From an uncultured Eubacteriales bacterium (GTDB taxonomy: Bacteria > Bacillota > JAAYKD01), in NCBI GenBank assembly GCA_964425745.1, contig CAYRNW010000004.1, positions 67,833-131,832 on the forward strand: DNA of 64,000 bases, given 5' to 3'. Below the pieces are notes generated by a model. The model worked only from the letters and a program-made list of their open reading frames with translations, made no database searches and was not told the origin of the DNA. A program made the translations under genes and the position numbers. This document shows positions 1 through 10,054 of this stretch, one piece after another; positions within the stretch are counted from its first letter, which is position 1, and the number at the start of each line of letters is the position of its first letter.

Positions 1-824
1 CCCGCTGTGCAGAGGTTTTCTTTGATCCCCTTTATAAGAGCGATATTGAAGAAGTGGTGAAAGGCGCTGCTCAACGGTTGAAAATCAACCTCGAAGACGG
101 TGCCGAGACCCTCATTGCCGAGCACACCGACGAAGCGCGCAAAGCCGTCAATATTTTAGCCGACAGCTATGGTTATGTCATTTCCCGCATGGAAGGCAAA
201 CTTGATCGCCGTAAAAGTGTGAATGTTTCAGTAGCTGATGTCCAAGAGATCTTACAAATCAGCCGTATTTCCCCACAGGCACCCGGAAAATCTTCTCCGA
301 TTGGTAAGGTTGGTCAAATCTTCGGTTTAGGCGCATTTGGCTTTACCGGCTCTGTTTTAGAAATCGAAGCCGCAGTCTTCCCCACCCAAGAACCGGGAAA
401 GGGTCAAATCCGTTTCAACGATACCGCAGGCAGTATGGCCAAGGATTCCATCTTTGTGGCTTCTACCGTAATACGCAAAACGTTGAACATTCGCTTGAAC
501 GACTACGATGTCCATGTCAACTTTATTGGGGGCGGCAATGTCGACGGACCCTCTGCCGGTGCTGCGCTCACCTTAGCCTTGATCAGCGCCTTACAAAATA
601 AGCCTTTGCGTCAAGACATTGCAATGACCGGAGAAATCTCCTTACAAGGGTTGATCAAGCCGGTAGGTGGACTATACGGAAAGCTCTACGGGGCTGCTCG
701 CGCAGGTCTAAAGGAGATCCTAATTCCGGAAGAAAATCGCAAAGAATTACCTGCAGAAATGTATGGCGTTCGTCTGGTAGCGGTTCAGACTATTGAAGAA
801 GCCATGAAATTAATGTTATTATAA
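1..824 (+). CDS. Lon-like ATP-dependent protease, C-terminal S16 proteolytic domain. It is 5'-partial and runs off the window start.
   Basis: The ORF is in frame to position 1. The translation carries the S16 signature 'GPSAGAALTLALISAL...MTGEISLQG'. Confidence 0.6.
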   Translation, partial: RCAEVFFDPLYKSDIEEVVKGAAQRLKINLEDGAETLIAEHTDEARKAVNILADSYGYVISRMEGKLDRRKSVNVSVADVQEILQISRISPQAPGKSSPIGKVGQIFGLGAFGFTGSVLEIEAAVFPTQEPGKGQIRFNDTAGSMAKDSIFVASTVIRKTLNIRLNDYDVHVNFIGGGNVDGPSAGAALTLALISALQNKPLRQDIAMTGEISLQGLIKPVGGLYGKLYGAARAGLKEILIPEENRKELPAEMYGVRLVAVQTIEEAMKLMLL

Positions 825-846
825 AGATTGACAGGAAGGGAGTGTT

Positions 847-2169
847 ATGATGCCGGAGCAGATGATGCCTAACAACCCGGAAGCCGAACAGTCGGTATTG
901 GGTTCTCTCATCATTGAACGCAATGCTGTGACGAGTGTTATGGAAGAGTTGCAAGAAACCGATTTTTATCGGGAGAGTCATCGCCAAATCTTTGCTGCCG
1001 CTTATGCACTCTATGCCCGTGGTGAGCCATTAGACTTAATCACCTTAGTCGCTGAGTTGAGGAGGCGTCAGAACTTAGAAAGTGCCGGGGGACTCAGTTA
1101 CTTGAATCAATTGGCCGAAATTGTTCCAACCACCGCCAATCTCCCCTCATACATCAAAGAGCTGCAAGACAAGGCCACCTTGCGTGCTATGATCATGAGT
1201 GCTCACAAAATTACCAATCTGTCTTTTACCGGTGAAGAATCCGCTCGCGACATTCTCAACACCGCCGAAAAAGAATTCCTCACCATAGCAAATCGGCGTG
1301 GGGGCGGCGCAACCTATTCTTCCATTGGAAATATTCTCTTTCACACCTATACCGAACTCGAAGTTCTGATGAATAAACGCGCAAGCGTTACCGGAGTTAG
1401 CACCGGGTTTTATGATCTCGACAAATTCACCGCCGGATTCCAAAATTCCGACCTTTTGATTTTGGCAGCTCGGCCGGGTGTTGGTAAAACCACAGTCATG
1501 ACCAATATCATGCAACATGCCGCGGTCACGACCAAAGTTCCCAGCGTATTTTTCAGTTTGGAAATGTCCAAAGAGCAGTTGGCGCAAAGAATTTTGTGCT
1601 CCGAGTCCGGGGTTGACCTCTATAAACTGCGCAACGGTTTTTTGGAGGACGCCGATTGGGAGAAAATCACCAAAGCCATAGGTCCGTTATCTTCCTCTCC
1701 AATCTACATTGACGATACTCCTTCGCTCTCCGTGGTCGAGTTTCGCTCTCGTTTGCGCCGTATGAAAGCAGAATTGGGCATTGGTTTTGTGGTGATTGAC
1801 TACCTACAGCTGATGACCTTAGACAGCAAACCCGAATCGCGCCAACAAGAAATTTCCTTCATTTCGCGAACCTTAAAAGCCATTGCCAAAGAATTGAATG
1901 TGCCCATTTTAGTTGCCTCCCAACTGAATCGTGGCGTGGAAAATCGAAACGATAAACGCCCGATGATGTCCGACTTATTGGAGTCGGGGGGGATTGAGGC
2001 CAATGCCGACGTGGTTATGTTTTTGTATCGAGATGATTACTACAATACCAATAGTGAAGACCCCAACGGAGCTGAGATTATTATTGCAAAACAAAGAAAT
2101 GGTCCTACCGGGACGGTCAACCTTTTTTTCTTGAAAAATATCAACCGTTTTGTCAACAAAGATAAATAG
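847..2169 (+). CDS. dnaB: replicative DNA helicase DnaB
   Basis: 440 aa. The N-terminus 'EAEQSVLGSLI' is DnaB-like. A Walker A 'ARPGVGKTT' and RecA-like C-domain motifs are present. Confidence 0.9.
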   Translation: MMPEQMMPNNPEAEQSVLGSLIIERNAVTSVMEELQETDFYRESHRQIFAAAYALYARGEPLDLITLVAELRRRQNLESAGGLSYLNQLAEIVPTTANLPSYIKELQDKATLRAMIMSAHKITNLSFTGEESARDILNTAEKEFLTIANRRGGGATYSSIGNILFHTYTELEVLMNKRASVTGVSTGFYDLDKFTAGFQNSDLLILAARPGVGKTTVMTNIMQHAAVTTKVPSVFFSLEMSKEQLAQRILCSESGVDLYKLRNGFLEDADWEKITKAIGPLSSSPIYIDDTPSLSVVEFRSRLRRMKAELGIGFVVIDYLQLMTLDSKPESRQQEISFISRTLKAIAKELNVPILVASQLNRGVENRNDKRPMMSDLLESGGIEANADVVMFLYRDDYYNTNSEDPNGAEIIIAKQRNGPTGTVNLFFLKNINRFVNKDK

Positions 2170-2190
2170 AGCAAGGAGAATATAGACCTT

Positions 2191-3573
2191 ATGGCAACGA
2201 AGTATGATGTAATTATTGTTGGAGCCGGCCCTGCCGGTATTTTCTCTGCGTTGGAATTGAGCAAACTCCAACCCACATGGAAGGTTCTTGTGCTGGAAAA
2301 AGGCCAAGACATTACCAAGCGTTACTGCCCTATGCATGACAAGCATATCCCTTGTCAACATTGCCGCCACTGTGCCATTACTTCCGGATGGGGAGGCGCC
2401 GGCGCCTACTCCGACGGGAAACTGACCTTAACCACAGAATACGGGGGTTGGCTGGGAGATTTCATTGGTAAACGAGACCTTGAAAATACAATTGCAGAAG
2501 TGGACCAAATCTATTTAAATTATGGGGGTAGCCCCATTGTCTACGGAATGGATGAAGAGAAAATCAAGGAAATCCAACGTTCGGCAGCGACCGCAGACTT
2601 GAAATTACTTCCTGCAAAAATTCGGCACTTAGGCACCGATAAAAATTACGAGATCTTAGTCAACATGCGTAAAGACTTGCAAGACAAAGTTGAAGTACGC
2701 ACTGAGACTGCAGTAGAACAGTTTTTGGTAAAAGATCAGACTGTGGTTGGCGTTATTCTCAAAGACGGAACCCTTATTGAAGGACGTTACATCATAGCAG
2801 CCCCGGGTCGGGAAGGCCATGAATGGTTCTCAGAAGAGGCGAAGCGTTTAAAGCTACCCACTACCAATAATCAAGTGGATATTGGAGTGCGAGTGGAACT
2901 GCCGGCCGTGGTCATGTCACACTTGACCGATGTCATCTATGAATCAAAATTCATCTACTACTCCCGTTCCTTCGATGATCAAGTCCGTACCTTCTGCATG
3001 AATCCATACGGAGAAGTGGTCATGGAGAACACTCGAGGTTTAGTAACAGTTAATGGGCACAGCTATGCCGACAAGCGCACCGAGAACACCAACTTTGCTC
3101 TCTTGGTTGCCAAAACGTTTACGCACCCCTTTAAAGAGCCCATTACTTATGGTAAAAACATTGCCGCCTTAGCTAACATGCTAGGGGAAGGTGTTATTGT
3201 ACAACGCTTAGGCGATTTGCAATCGGGTCGGAGATCTACTCATGAAAGAATTCAACGCGGATTAGTGACTCCAAGCCTCATGGAAGCGACCCCCGGAGAT
3301 TTGAGCTTAGTCCTGCCATACCGTCACATGGTTAGCATTATGGAGATGTTGGAAGCCTTAGATAAAGTAGCTCCCGGTGTTGCAAGCCGTCACACATTAC
3401 TGTATGGCGTAGAAGCAAAATTCTATTCCAACCGCATGCAGGTTAGCAGTCAATTAGAAACCCAAGTCCGTAATCTCTTTGCAGTTGGGGACGGAGCCGG
3501 TATTACCCGAGGTTTAGTACAAGCTTCTTCTGCCGGGTTGATTGCTGCAAGAGCAATTGCCGAACGAGAGTAG
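2191..3573 (+). CDS. FAD-dependent oxidoreductase (COG2509-like)
   Basis: The N-terminal dinucleotide fold reads 'YDVIIVGAGPAGIFSA'. Length is 460 aa. Confidence 0.6.
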   Translation: MATKYDVIIVGAGPAGIFSALELSKLQPTWKVLVLEKGQDITKRYCPMHDKHIPCQHCRHCAITSGWGGAGAYSDGKLTLTTEYGGWLGDFIGKRDLENTIAEVDQIYLNYGGSPIVYGMDEEKIKEIQRSAATADLKLLPAKIRHLGTDKNYEILVNMRKDLQDKVEVRTETAVEQFLVKDQTVVGVILKDGTLIEGRYIIAAPGREGHEWFSEEAKRLKLPTTNNQVDIGVRVELPAVVMSHLTDVIYESKFIYYSRSFDDQVRTFCMNPYGEVVMENTRGLVTVNGHSYADKRTENTNFALLVAKTFTHPFKEPITYGKNIAALANMLGEGVIVQRLGDLQSGRRSTHERIQRGLVTPSLMEATPGDLSLVLPYRHMVSIMEMLEALDKVAPGVASRHTLLYGVEAKFYSNRMQVSSQLETQVRNLFAVGDGAGITRGLVQASSAGLIAARAIAERE

Positions 3574-3646
3574 TAAAAATTAAACAATATTTTCAACCAG
3601 TGAACTGATTTTGCAAAATTCTTTGAAAAACAACATGCCTTTTTGA

Positions 3647-3675
3647 TTGACAAGATGGCTATCGTTGTGTATTAT
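3647..3675 (+). promoter_or_regulatory. sigmaA-type promoter for the tRNA pair: TTGACA, 17 nt spacer, extended -10 tgTATTAT
   Basis: Read directly from the sequence, about 20 nt upstream of tRNA-Lys. Confidence 0.5.
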
Positions 3676-3695
3676 ATACGAGCATGGTTTTGCAA

Positions 3696-3770
3696 GGGAT
3701 ACTAGCTCAGGGGTAGAGCACCCGCCTTTTAAGCGGGGTGTCGATGGTTCGATCCCATCGTATCCCACCA
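3696..3770 (+). tRNA. tRNA-Lys (anticodon TTT)
   Basis: Acceptor stem GGGATAC/GTATCCC. Anticodon loop CTTTTAA. T-arm GGTTCGATCC. 3' CCA encoded. Confidence 0.85.
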
Positions 3771-3775
3771 GTTTC

Positions 3776-3851
3776 GGGAGCTTAGCTCAGTTGGTAGAGC
3801 ATCTGCCTTACAAGCAGAGGGTCAGCGGTTCGAGCCCGTTAGCTCCCACCA
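3776..3851 (+). tRNA. tRNA-Val (anticodon TAC)
   Basis: Cloverleaf GGGAGCT...AGCTCCC. Anticodon loop CTTACAA. Matches the canonical Firmicutes tRNA-Val(UAC). 3' CCA encoded. Confidence 0.85.
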
Positions 3852-3856
3852 CAAAA

Positions 3857-3897
3857 AAGAAGACCGGATTTCAACTTGAAATCCGGTCTTCTTTTTC
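3857..3897. terminator. bidirectional rho-independent terminator
   Basis: A-run, hairpin AAGAAGACCGGATTTC/GAAATCCGGTCTTCTT, then a T-run. It sits between the convergent tRNAs (+) and the 3898-4221 gene (-). Confidence 0.7.
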
Positions 3898-4221
3898 TTA
3901 TTCTTTCTTTTTGGGTTTGCGTTTTGGTTTCGGCTTGGCAGCCAACTCCTGTTCATGTTCAATATACGCTTTTAGATCCGATAAAATTTTATCTTGGGCC
4001 TTTTTCGCATTTTGATCTTTTTGCTTTGTATCTAACCCTTGTTGAATGGCTTCGCTCAGTTTAGAATCTTCTGTTTCTAAATAGTCCACAAATGCGTCAG
4101 GAAAGACGAATGTTCTCTCTGCATGCTCAAACTGAATGTCAATGCGATCCTCATGCACACTAATGATTTTACCTTTACCCAGTGCTCTATGAGTGACAGC
4201 AACCCCCACGAAATCCTTCAT
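3898..4221 (-). CDS. small hypothetical protein with a lysine-rich C-terminal tail
   Basis: 107 aa ORF immediately downstream of trpB. No recognisable family. Confidence 0.45.
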   Translation of the reverse strand: MKDFVGVAVTHRALGKGKIISVHEDRIDIQFEHAERTFVFPDAFVDYLETEDSKLSEAIQQGLDTKQKDQNAKKAQDKILSDLKAYIEHEQELAAKPKPKRKPKKKE

Positions 4222-4309
4222 AGTACCCCTTCTCTTTCACGACGTGAATCTTCGATTTCTTAGTATTATCTATAGTATAACACAGATTCACGAGAAACAA
4301 AAGGGGTTC

Positions 4310-5530
4310 CTATTCTTCAAGAGCCAGATTCTGGGTATAACGTGCAATCGCTGCTACATCTTTGTCCCCACGGCCAGAAAGATTGATTAACAAAATCTGA
4401 TCTTTGCGCATCGTGGGAGCTATCTTCATTGCCTGCGCCACAGCATGGCTGCTTTCAATGGCAGGAATGATTCCTTCCGTGCGTGACAATAAGGTAAAGG
4501 CTTCTACAGCCTCGTCATCGGTAATTGCAACATAGGTTCCACGGCCACTGTCCCGTAGATACGCATGTTCCGGGCCAACTCCGGGATAATCCAACCCAGG
4601 AGAAATGGAATAGACGGGGGCCATTTCACCGGCTTGATCCAGATTAAAATAGGTGTGCATGCCATGGAAAGTCGCGGGTTTCCCTAAGGTCAAGGTGGCA
4701 GCGTGGTCGGGGGTATCTAATCCCCTTCCAGCGGCTTCGCAACCAATCAACGCAACTTCGTTGTGGGGGATAAACTCATAAAATGCACCAATAGCATTAC
4801 TACCGCCTCCAACACAAGCGATGACGGCATCGGGTAAACGACCTTCAACAGCCAACATTTGCTCTTTGGCTTCACGGCTGATTACTCGTTGGAATTCTCG
4901 TACCATTTCCGGGAAGGGGTGTGGCCCTACGGCAGAACCTAATAAATAATAGGTATCATCATGACGTTCAACCCAAGCCATTAGGGCGGCATCGACGGCA
5001 TCTTTTAGAGTTTGTGTGCCTTCCTTTACCGCAACCACTTTAGCGCCCAATAGTTCCATGCGGTAAACGTTAAGTGCTTGGCGTTGCGTATCCTCATATC
5101 CTTGATATACGACACATTCCATACCCATGAGGGCTGCCGCTGTTGCTGTAGCTACCCCGTGTTGTCCGGCTCCGGTTTCGGCAATCAGGCGAGTTTTCCC
5201 CATCCTTTTAGCCAAAAGGGCTTGCCCTAATACATTATTAATCTTATGAGCTCCGGTGTGATTCAAATCTTCGCGCTTCAAATAGATTTTTGCTCCGCCG
5301 AGGTGTTCGCTTAAGCGTTTGGCGTGATACAACAAGGATGGACGACCTGCGTATTCTAGGCATAAGCGTCGATACTCCAATTGAAATGCCGGATCATTCT
5401 TGGCTTCGTCCCAAGCGGCGGCAACTTCTTGAACGGTCTCGACTAGTACAGACGGAACGAATTGCCCTCCAAAATCACCAAAAAAACCTACTCTTGCTGC
5501 GTCTCTGTTTGTTTCACTCATGGTTTTCAC
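4310..5530 (-). CDS. trpB: tryptophan synthase beta chain
   Basis: 406 aa with PLP-lysine context 'HTGAHKINN' and 'GGGSNAIG'. No other trp gene is adjacent. Confidence 0.9.
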   Translation of the reverse strand: MKTMSETNRDAARVGFFGDFGGQFVPSVLVETVQEVAAAWDEAKNDPAFQLEYRRLCLEYAGRPSLLYHAKRLSEHLGGAKIYLKREDLNHTGAHKINNVLGQALLAKRMGKTRLIAETGAGQHGVATATAAALMGMECVVYQGYEDTQRQALNVYRMELLGAKVVAVKEGTQTLKDAVDAALMAWVERHDDTYYLLGSAVGPHPFPEMVREFQRVISREAKEQMLAVEGRLPDAVIACVGGGSNAIGAFYEFIPHNEVALIGCEAAGRGLDTPDHAATLTLGKPATFHGMHTYFNLDQAGEMAPVYSISPGLDYPGVGPEHAYLRDSGRGTYVAITDDEAVEAFTLLSRTEGIIPAIESSHAVAQAMKIAPTMRKDQILLINLSGRGDKDVAAIARYTQNLALEE

Positions 5531-5589
5531 CCGATTTCATCTGATGGCATGAAACAATCCTTTCTTTTTTTGTTGCGGTGTGGTTCGCA

Positions 5590-5880
5590 TGGTATAAAAA
5601 AAGCCTTCATCCCCTACGAAGGGACAAAGGCTTAAAAAGCTTCTGCGGTACCACCCAATTTGACAACTGTGACGTTGCCCACTTTATCGCATACCATCAT
5701 ATGCGCTTCCCTAGGTAACGGAGGAAGTTGCCGTCAGTGCCTACTCTCGCAAAGAAATGCTTTACGATTTCTGACTGCCCTCACAAGTCCATTCGACAAA
5801 AGGGTTGTTACCGCACTCCCAGCAACGGCGGCTCTCTGGAAACAATCATTTTTGTGTACTCGTCTTGTTCAATGGTTTGT
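5590..5880 (-). promoter_or_regulatory. T-box riboswitch leader with Trp (UGG) specifier
   Basis: Minus-strand RNA carries the Stem I AGAGAG motif, the specifier context 'GAA UGG A' (UGG at 5789-5791) and the T-box sequence 'AAUUGGGUGGUACCGCAG' (about 5646-5664). A terminator hairpin and U-run follow (about 5596-5640), about 65 nt before the trpB ATG. Confidence 0.8.
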
Positions 5881-5884
5881 GATG

Positions 5885-5913
5885 ATTATAATCTGTGAAA
5901 TCCTCCTTGTCAA
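5885..5913 (-). promoter_or_regulatory. consensus sigmaA promoter (TTGACA, 17 nt, TATAAT) driving the T-box leader and trpB
   Basis: Minus strand reads ttgacaAGGAGGATTTCACAGATtataat. Confidence 0.6.
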
Positions 5914-5969
5914 GGGGGTTCTTACGATTTTTTTCGCAGCGGGGTCTGACCCCTTTTTAAAAAATCCTC

Positions 5970-8762
5970 CTAATACTCTAATCGGACACTGCTTCCTTCC
6001 GGTCGCTTGCTGACGATGATTTTTTTGTCGATGCGTTCTCGCAGTTCGCTGACATGGGAGATAATCCCCACCAATCGGCTGCCTTCGCTCAGTTGCATCA
6101 ACATTTGAATGGCTTTTTCCAAAGATTCCGCATCCAAGGATCCAAACCCTTCATCGATAAACATGGTGTCGATCTCAACCCCGCCGCTGTGTTGTTGCAC
6201 CACGTCGGACAATCCCAAGGCTAAGGCTAACGAAGCTTCAAAGGATTCCCCGCCGGAAAGCGTTTTGACACTCCTCAATTTTCCGGTATGGGCATCGTGA
6301 ACCACCAAGTCTAAGCCACTCTTACTACGCATATCGATTGGCTCTTCCGAACGATGCAGCCGATAACGGTAATTGGTCATGATCCCTAATCTGAGATTCG
6401 CTGCTTGAATAATGCGATTGAAGTAAAATCCTTGCACATACGCCTCGAAGGTAAGGCGTTCTAAGCCTTTTGCCTGGCCGTTGGCGGTCGCGGCTAATTC
6501 CTGCACTAAGAAAAGCTCTTCTTCCATGGCGGCCATCTCTTTGCCTTGCTTTTCAATTCCGCGAATCAACGCTTGGTGCTTCTGCAACCGCAACTCATGC
6601 AACAAGATCTCTTCTTCCAACCTCGTTTTCTCTTCTAGCTTTTGATTCTTTTCTGCTTCTACCTTTAAAACCTCGAGCACCGGTCGTTGAGCTAACTGCT
6701 TTTCTAAGGCTTCGATTTGACCCAAAGATTGATCCAGATAGCCTTGTTGCCGACGAAGCTCCTGCTCCGCATTCTCCAACTCCCTCTTGAGGCGTGTCGA
6801 CTCATTGGTTTTTGTTTGAATCAAGTTGTTGACCTGCGCTAAATTCTCGTAGGGAAGTTCCTTGCGGAGGGTCTCGATTTGCAACTTTTTTTGGGTAATG
6901 GTTTCGGTGAGAGCTGTGACCTTATTCGACAACTGCACAACATCGGTTAAGGCTTGCGTATGATCACCTTGCAGTCTTTCCATGCGCTTCTTGCTGAGAA
7001 TCGCTTGTTGCCAGGCTTGCTCGGCTTCTTTCAACTCTTGCTGACGATTTTTTTGTAATCGTTCAACCTCTTGTAAGCCCTTTTGGATTAAGGGTTCCCA
7101 TCTTACGGTATCACGGGCTTCCTCTTCCGGTGCCCATTGATTCTGGATTAGACAATCCTCGATTTGTTGACGTATCAGCTCAAGACTGCTGCGATAACCG
7201 GCTGCTTTTTCCGAAGCACTGTGCCGGCGTTGCTGTAAGCGCTTTTCTTGTGCTTCTTCCGCTTGTAAAACATCATCATCGATATCATCCCCGGTGACCA
7301 TGGCCGGACTGGGATGGTCTACAGCCCCGCAAACCGGACAAGGCTGTCCTACACTCAACTGTTTGGCCAATAAGCCGGCTTGGGCCCGATAAAAACGGCT
7401 TCTCAGATCTTGAACAAGATCGACTTGGTGTTGGTGCTCTTGCTCAGCCTGTAGCACTTCGGATTGTTGACGTTTCAGATTTTGTTCGTTCAGCACATAG
7501 GTTTGCCATTGCCTGTGAAGGCTTTTCCAGCGTTCGCTTTCTTGTTGAGCTTGTTCTACTAGAGCTTTGGCTGCTTCAACGGCTCCCTCTTTTCCATCGA
7601 CCTCAGCCAGAGTTTTACGAAGCTGCTCGATTTCTTGAACCAAGTGCTGAATTTCATCTTGTTTTCCTCGGTGCCTCGTCTGAGCGATGGCGCTTTCCTT
7701 TTCTAGAGTGGACATCTCTTGTTCCAAGTTCGATAATGTCTGAAACTTTGGCAACATCTGACGGAGCACAACCAACTCTTGCAACAATCTTTCGATGCTA
7801 CTCTCCGAAGCTTTGGCTTCTTTTTGCCTGATTAGCGCCTGTTCAACCGCAGTTTTCAAGGTTTGCTCTTTGGCTTGTTCGATTTGGAGCTGTTGTTGCA
7901 ACTTCTGCTGTGCTTGTGCTTCTTGTAACTGCCGTTCCAAGCGGTTCAGTTCTTCGGTGAGTACGTTCTTCTGCTCCTGTAACCCCGCAATTTGCTTGGC
8001 ATCTAAGGCATTGCCTTGCTTTAACAAGTCACACAAACGCAGCCAATTTTGAGCATTGGCCTCTTGCTGCCACTGCTTGAGTGATTCGCTCCGAAGGGAA
8101 TCTTCTTCAGTGAGAGGTTTTGTGTCTGCCTGGAGGGCTTCTTGGAGGATTGCTCGTTTCAGATCTCCATGCTGCTTATTCAATTCATCGGCAGCCCGTT
8201 TGAGATCATCTTGCAATTTTAGGCAATATTGGGTATGAAATAGCCTTCGGAAAATCTCGCTGCGGTTACCGGTATCGGCTAAAAGTAATCTTAGAAAATC
8301 CCCTTGTGCAATCATCACAATTTGAGAAAACTGATCGTGATTGATGCCTAAAATATCTTCCACCGCTTGGGTGACCAATTTACGATTGCTCTGGGTATGA
8401 CCATCGGGATACACCAAATACGCATCGGCTTCCGCTTTGGTCTCCTTCTGACCTCGTTTGGAAGGACGCATATATTCTAAATTGCGATTCACCGTGTACA
8501 CTTTTCCGGCGTATGAAAATTCGAGCTCCACTTCGGTTTTAACATCGGGCGGAGCATAATCGCTGCGTAACATCTTGGAGTCGCGATTCACACCGCTGGC
8601 TTCTCCGAACAATGCATAGGCGATTGCATCGAAAATCATCGTCTTTCCTGCTCCGGTATCTCCGGCAATCAGAAATAAGCCACGATCTAGGGCGGCAAAA
8701 TCAATTTCAACCCGTTGGGCATAGGGCCCGAACGCTTGCATAGTCAGCTTGATCGGTTTCAC
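5970..8762 (-). CDS. sbcC: exonuclease SbcC (Rad50-like ATPase)
   Basis: 930 aa. N-terminal Walker A 'GDTGAGKT', long coiled coils, zinc-hook 'CPVCG', C-terminal signature and D-loop. Confidence 0.85.
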   Translation of the reverse strand: MKPIKLTMQAFGPYAQRVEIDFAALDRGLFLIAGDTGAGKTMIFDAIAYALFGEASGVNRDSKMLRSDYAPPDVKTEVELEFSYAGKVYTVNRNLEYMRPSKRGQKETKAEADAYLVYPDGHTQSNRKLVTQAVEDILGINHDQFSQIVMIAQGDFLRLLLADTGNRSEIFRRLFHTQYCLKLQDDLKRAADELNKQHGDLKRAILQEALQADTKPLTEEDSLRSESLKQWQQEANAQNWLRLCDLLKQGNALDAKQIAGLQEQKNVLTEELNRLERQLQEAQAQQKLQQQLQIEQAKEQTLKTAVEQALIRQKEAKASESSIERLLQELVVLRQMLPKFQTLSNLEQEMSTLEKESAIAQTRHRGKQDEIQHLVQEIEQLRKTLAEVDGKEGAVEAAKALVEQAQQESERWKSLHRQWQTYVLNEQNLKRQQSEVLQAEQEHQHQVDLVQDLRSRFYRAQAGLLAKQLSVGQPCPVCGAVDHPSPAMVTGDDIDDDVLQAEEAQEKRLQQRRHSASEKAAGYRSSLELIRQQIEDCLIQNQWAPEEEARDTVRWEPLIQKGLQEVERLQKNRQQELKEAEQAWQQAILSKKRMERLQGDHTQALTDVVQLSNKVTALTETITQKKLQIETLRKELPYENLAQVNNLIQTKTNESTRLKRELENAEQELRRQQGYLDQSLGQIEALEKQLAQRPVLEVLKVEAEKNQKLEEKTRLEEEILLHELRLQKHQALIRGIEKQGKEMAAMEEELFLVQELAATANGQAKGLERLTFEAYVQGFYFNRIIQAANLRLGIMTNYRYRLHRSEEPIDMRSKSGLDLVVHDAHTGKLRSVKTLSGGESFEASLALALGLSDVVQQHSGGVEIDTMFIDEGFGSLDAESLEKAIQMLMQLSEGSRLVGIISHVSELRERIDKKIIVSKRPEGSSVRLEY

Positions 8763-9925
8763 ATCTTCACCTCCTCTTGAGCTTGCAGAAAGCGCCGCAA
8801 GATGGCATCGGAAGCCTCACTCAACGGCCGCTGCTGTTGTTGCATATAGAAGCTCCGAAAAAGCTCGTAAGGAGATTCAAACTGAACCGGCTCCATGGCT
8901 CCTAGCTGATCTCTCATTTGTGTATCGTGCAAAAATTCTAGGCGCATCACATTGGGGTAGGTTCCTCGCAGCTTAGCCATGGCATCGATCACAGCAACAT
9001 CGGTTAACGTCACTTGTAAATAATCTTCGCTTTGCTGACCGGCAACAAATTCCGGTGAAAGTACTTCCTCGAGAGAGCCTTGGATGCTACGCATGGCATG
9101 CTTGGGGTGCAGTGGCAGTAATTCGATTTCCACATCGCCTTTGCTCTTAATATGTACTAGGGGTACCGTTTTGGGTTGGTTCGCCTCTGAAAAAGAATAG
9201 GCTAAGGGGGAGCCACTGTAGCGAATGGTTTCGCGGCTGATTTTTTGAGGTTTATGTAAGTGACCCAATGCGACGTAATCAAAGGCGTTGAATACGCCGA
9301 CATCGATTTGGTCCACACCCCCTACCACAAGCGTTTCCGATTCGCTGCGTTCCGGTGTGGTCGAACCACCGGCCACAAACTGATGCGCCAGCAGAATATG
9401 GCGCGTGTTTTCTTTAAGAGGATGCTGTTCGAGTACTTTGGCAATGGCTGCCTGATAATCGTGCGGCTCGACTTCAGGGTAAAAGGGACGCACCTGCATC
9501 GGTTTTAAAAAGGGCATCAGGTGAATCTGTAGCTCCCCGTATTCATCTTCTACGGTAACCGTTTTCAATTGACCGTCGTAGAGTGGAGAAAGATGGATGT
9601 TCGAATCGGCCATAATCCGGCTGCCATAGGCGATACGTTCGGCGGCGTCGTGATTTCCACTCACGGCACAGCAGAGTAAATTGCGTTTGCGAATCTCGGT
9701 GAGGAAGGAGTCGAATAATTCAACCGCTTCACCGCTGGGCTGCAACTTGTCGTAGATATCACCACTAATCAAGAGACCGTTGACCTCGTGCTGATCGGCC
9801 AATTGCAAAATCTGCTGTAAAATCAGCCGCTGATCTTCCAATAACGAAAATTCATGGATCCGCTTGCCGATGTGCAAATCGGATAGGTGCAGGAATTTCA
9901 TAAGGCGATGCTCCTCCCTTATCAT
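8759..9925 (-). CDS. sbcD: exonuclease SbcD (Mre11-like phosphoesterase)
   Basis: 'MKFLHLSDLHIG' metallophosphatase motifs. Overlaps sbcC by 4 nt. Confidence 0.85.
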   Translation of the reverse strand: MIREEHRLMKFLHLSDLHIGKRIHEFSLLEDQRLILQQILQLADQHEVNGLLISGDIYDKLQPSGEAVELFDSFLTEIRKRNLLCCAVSGNHDAAERIAYGSRIMADSNIHLSPLYDGQLKTVTVEDEYGELQIHLMPFLKPMQVRPFYPEVEPHDYQAAIAKVLEQHPLKENTRHILLAHQFVAGGSTTPERSESETLVVGGVDQIDVGVFNAFDYVALGHLHKPQKISRETIRYSGSPLAYSFSEANQPKTVPLVHIKSKGDVEIELLPLHPKHAMRSIQGSLEEVLSPEFVAGQQSEDYLQVTLTDVAVIDAMAKLRGTYPNVMRLEFLHDTQMRDQLGAMEPVQFESPYELFRSFYMQQQQRPLSEASDAILRRFLQAQEEVKM

Positions 9926-9975
9926 GCAGAATTTATTCCTTTTTATTATACCATTTCGGTGAATGCTGTCAACGC

Positions 9976-10016
9976 AGTTAAAAACAGGCTGCCTCCGTAA
10001 AACGGAAGCAACCTGT
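9976..10016 (-). terminator. probable rho-independent terminator after the carboxypeptidase gene
   Basis: Minus-strand hairpin ACAGGUUGCUUCCG/CGGAGGCAGCCUGU followed by UUUUUAAC. Confidence 0.5.
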
Positions 10017-10054
10017 GAGGTTCATGTGCGAGCGCCGATTGAAAAAATCTTAGT

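Noticed and set aside
1147-2370. Several minus-strand ORFs (146, 131, 92, 67 aa) overlapping dnaB
   Set aside because: They are fully embedded antisense to a well-supported essential gene, and none carries a recognisable motif.
5941-5960. GGGGTCTGACCCC hairpin plus T-run as a terminator
   Set aside because: It has only a 4-bp GC stem. No plus-strand gene ends there, and on the minus strand (after sbcC) it is followed by A-rich sequence, so terminator function is doubtful.
7795-8238. Cys-rich plus-strand ORFs (85 and 60 aa) inside sbcC
   Set aside because: They are antisense to the SbcC coiled-coil region. The Cys, Ser and Ala richness is a reverse-complement artefact of the GAA/CAG/GCT-rich coding strand. 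No RBS is present.
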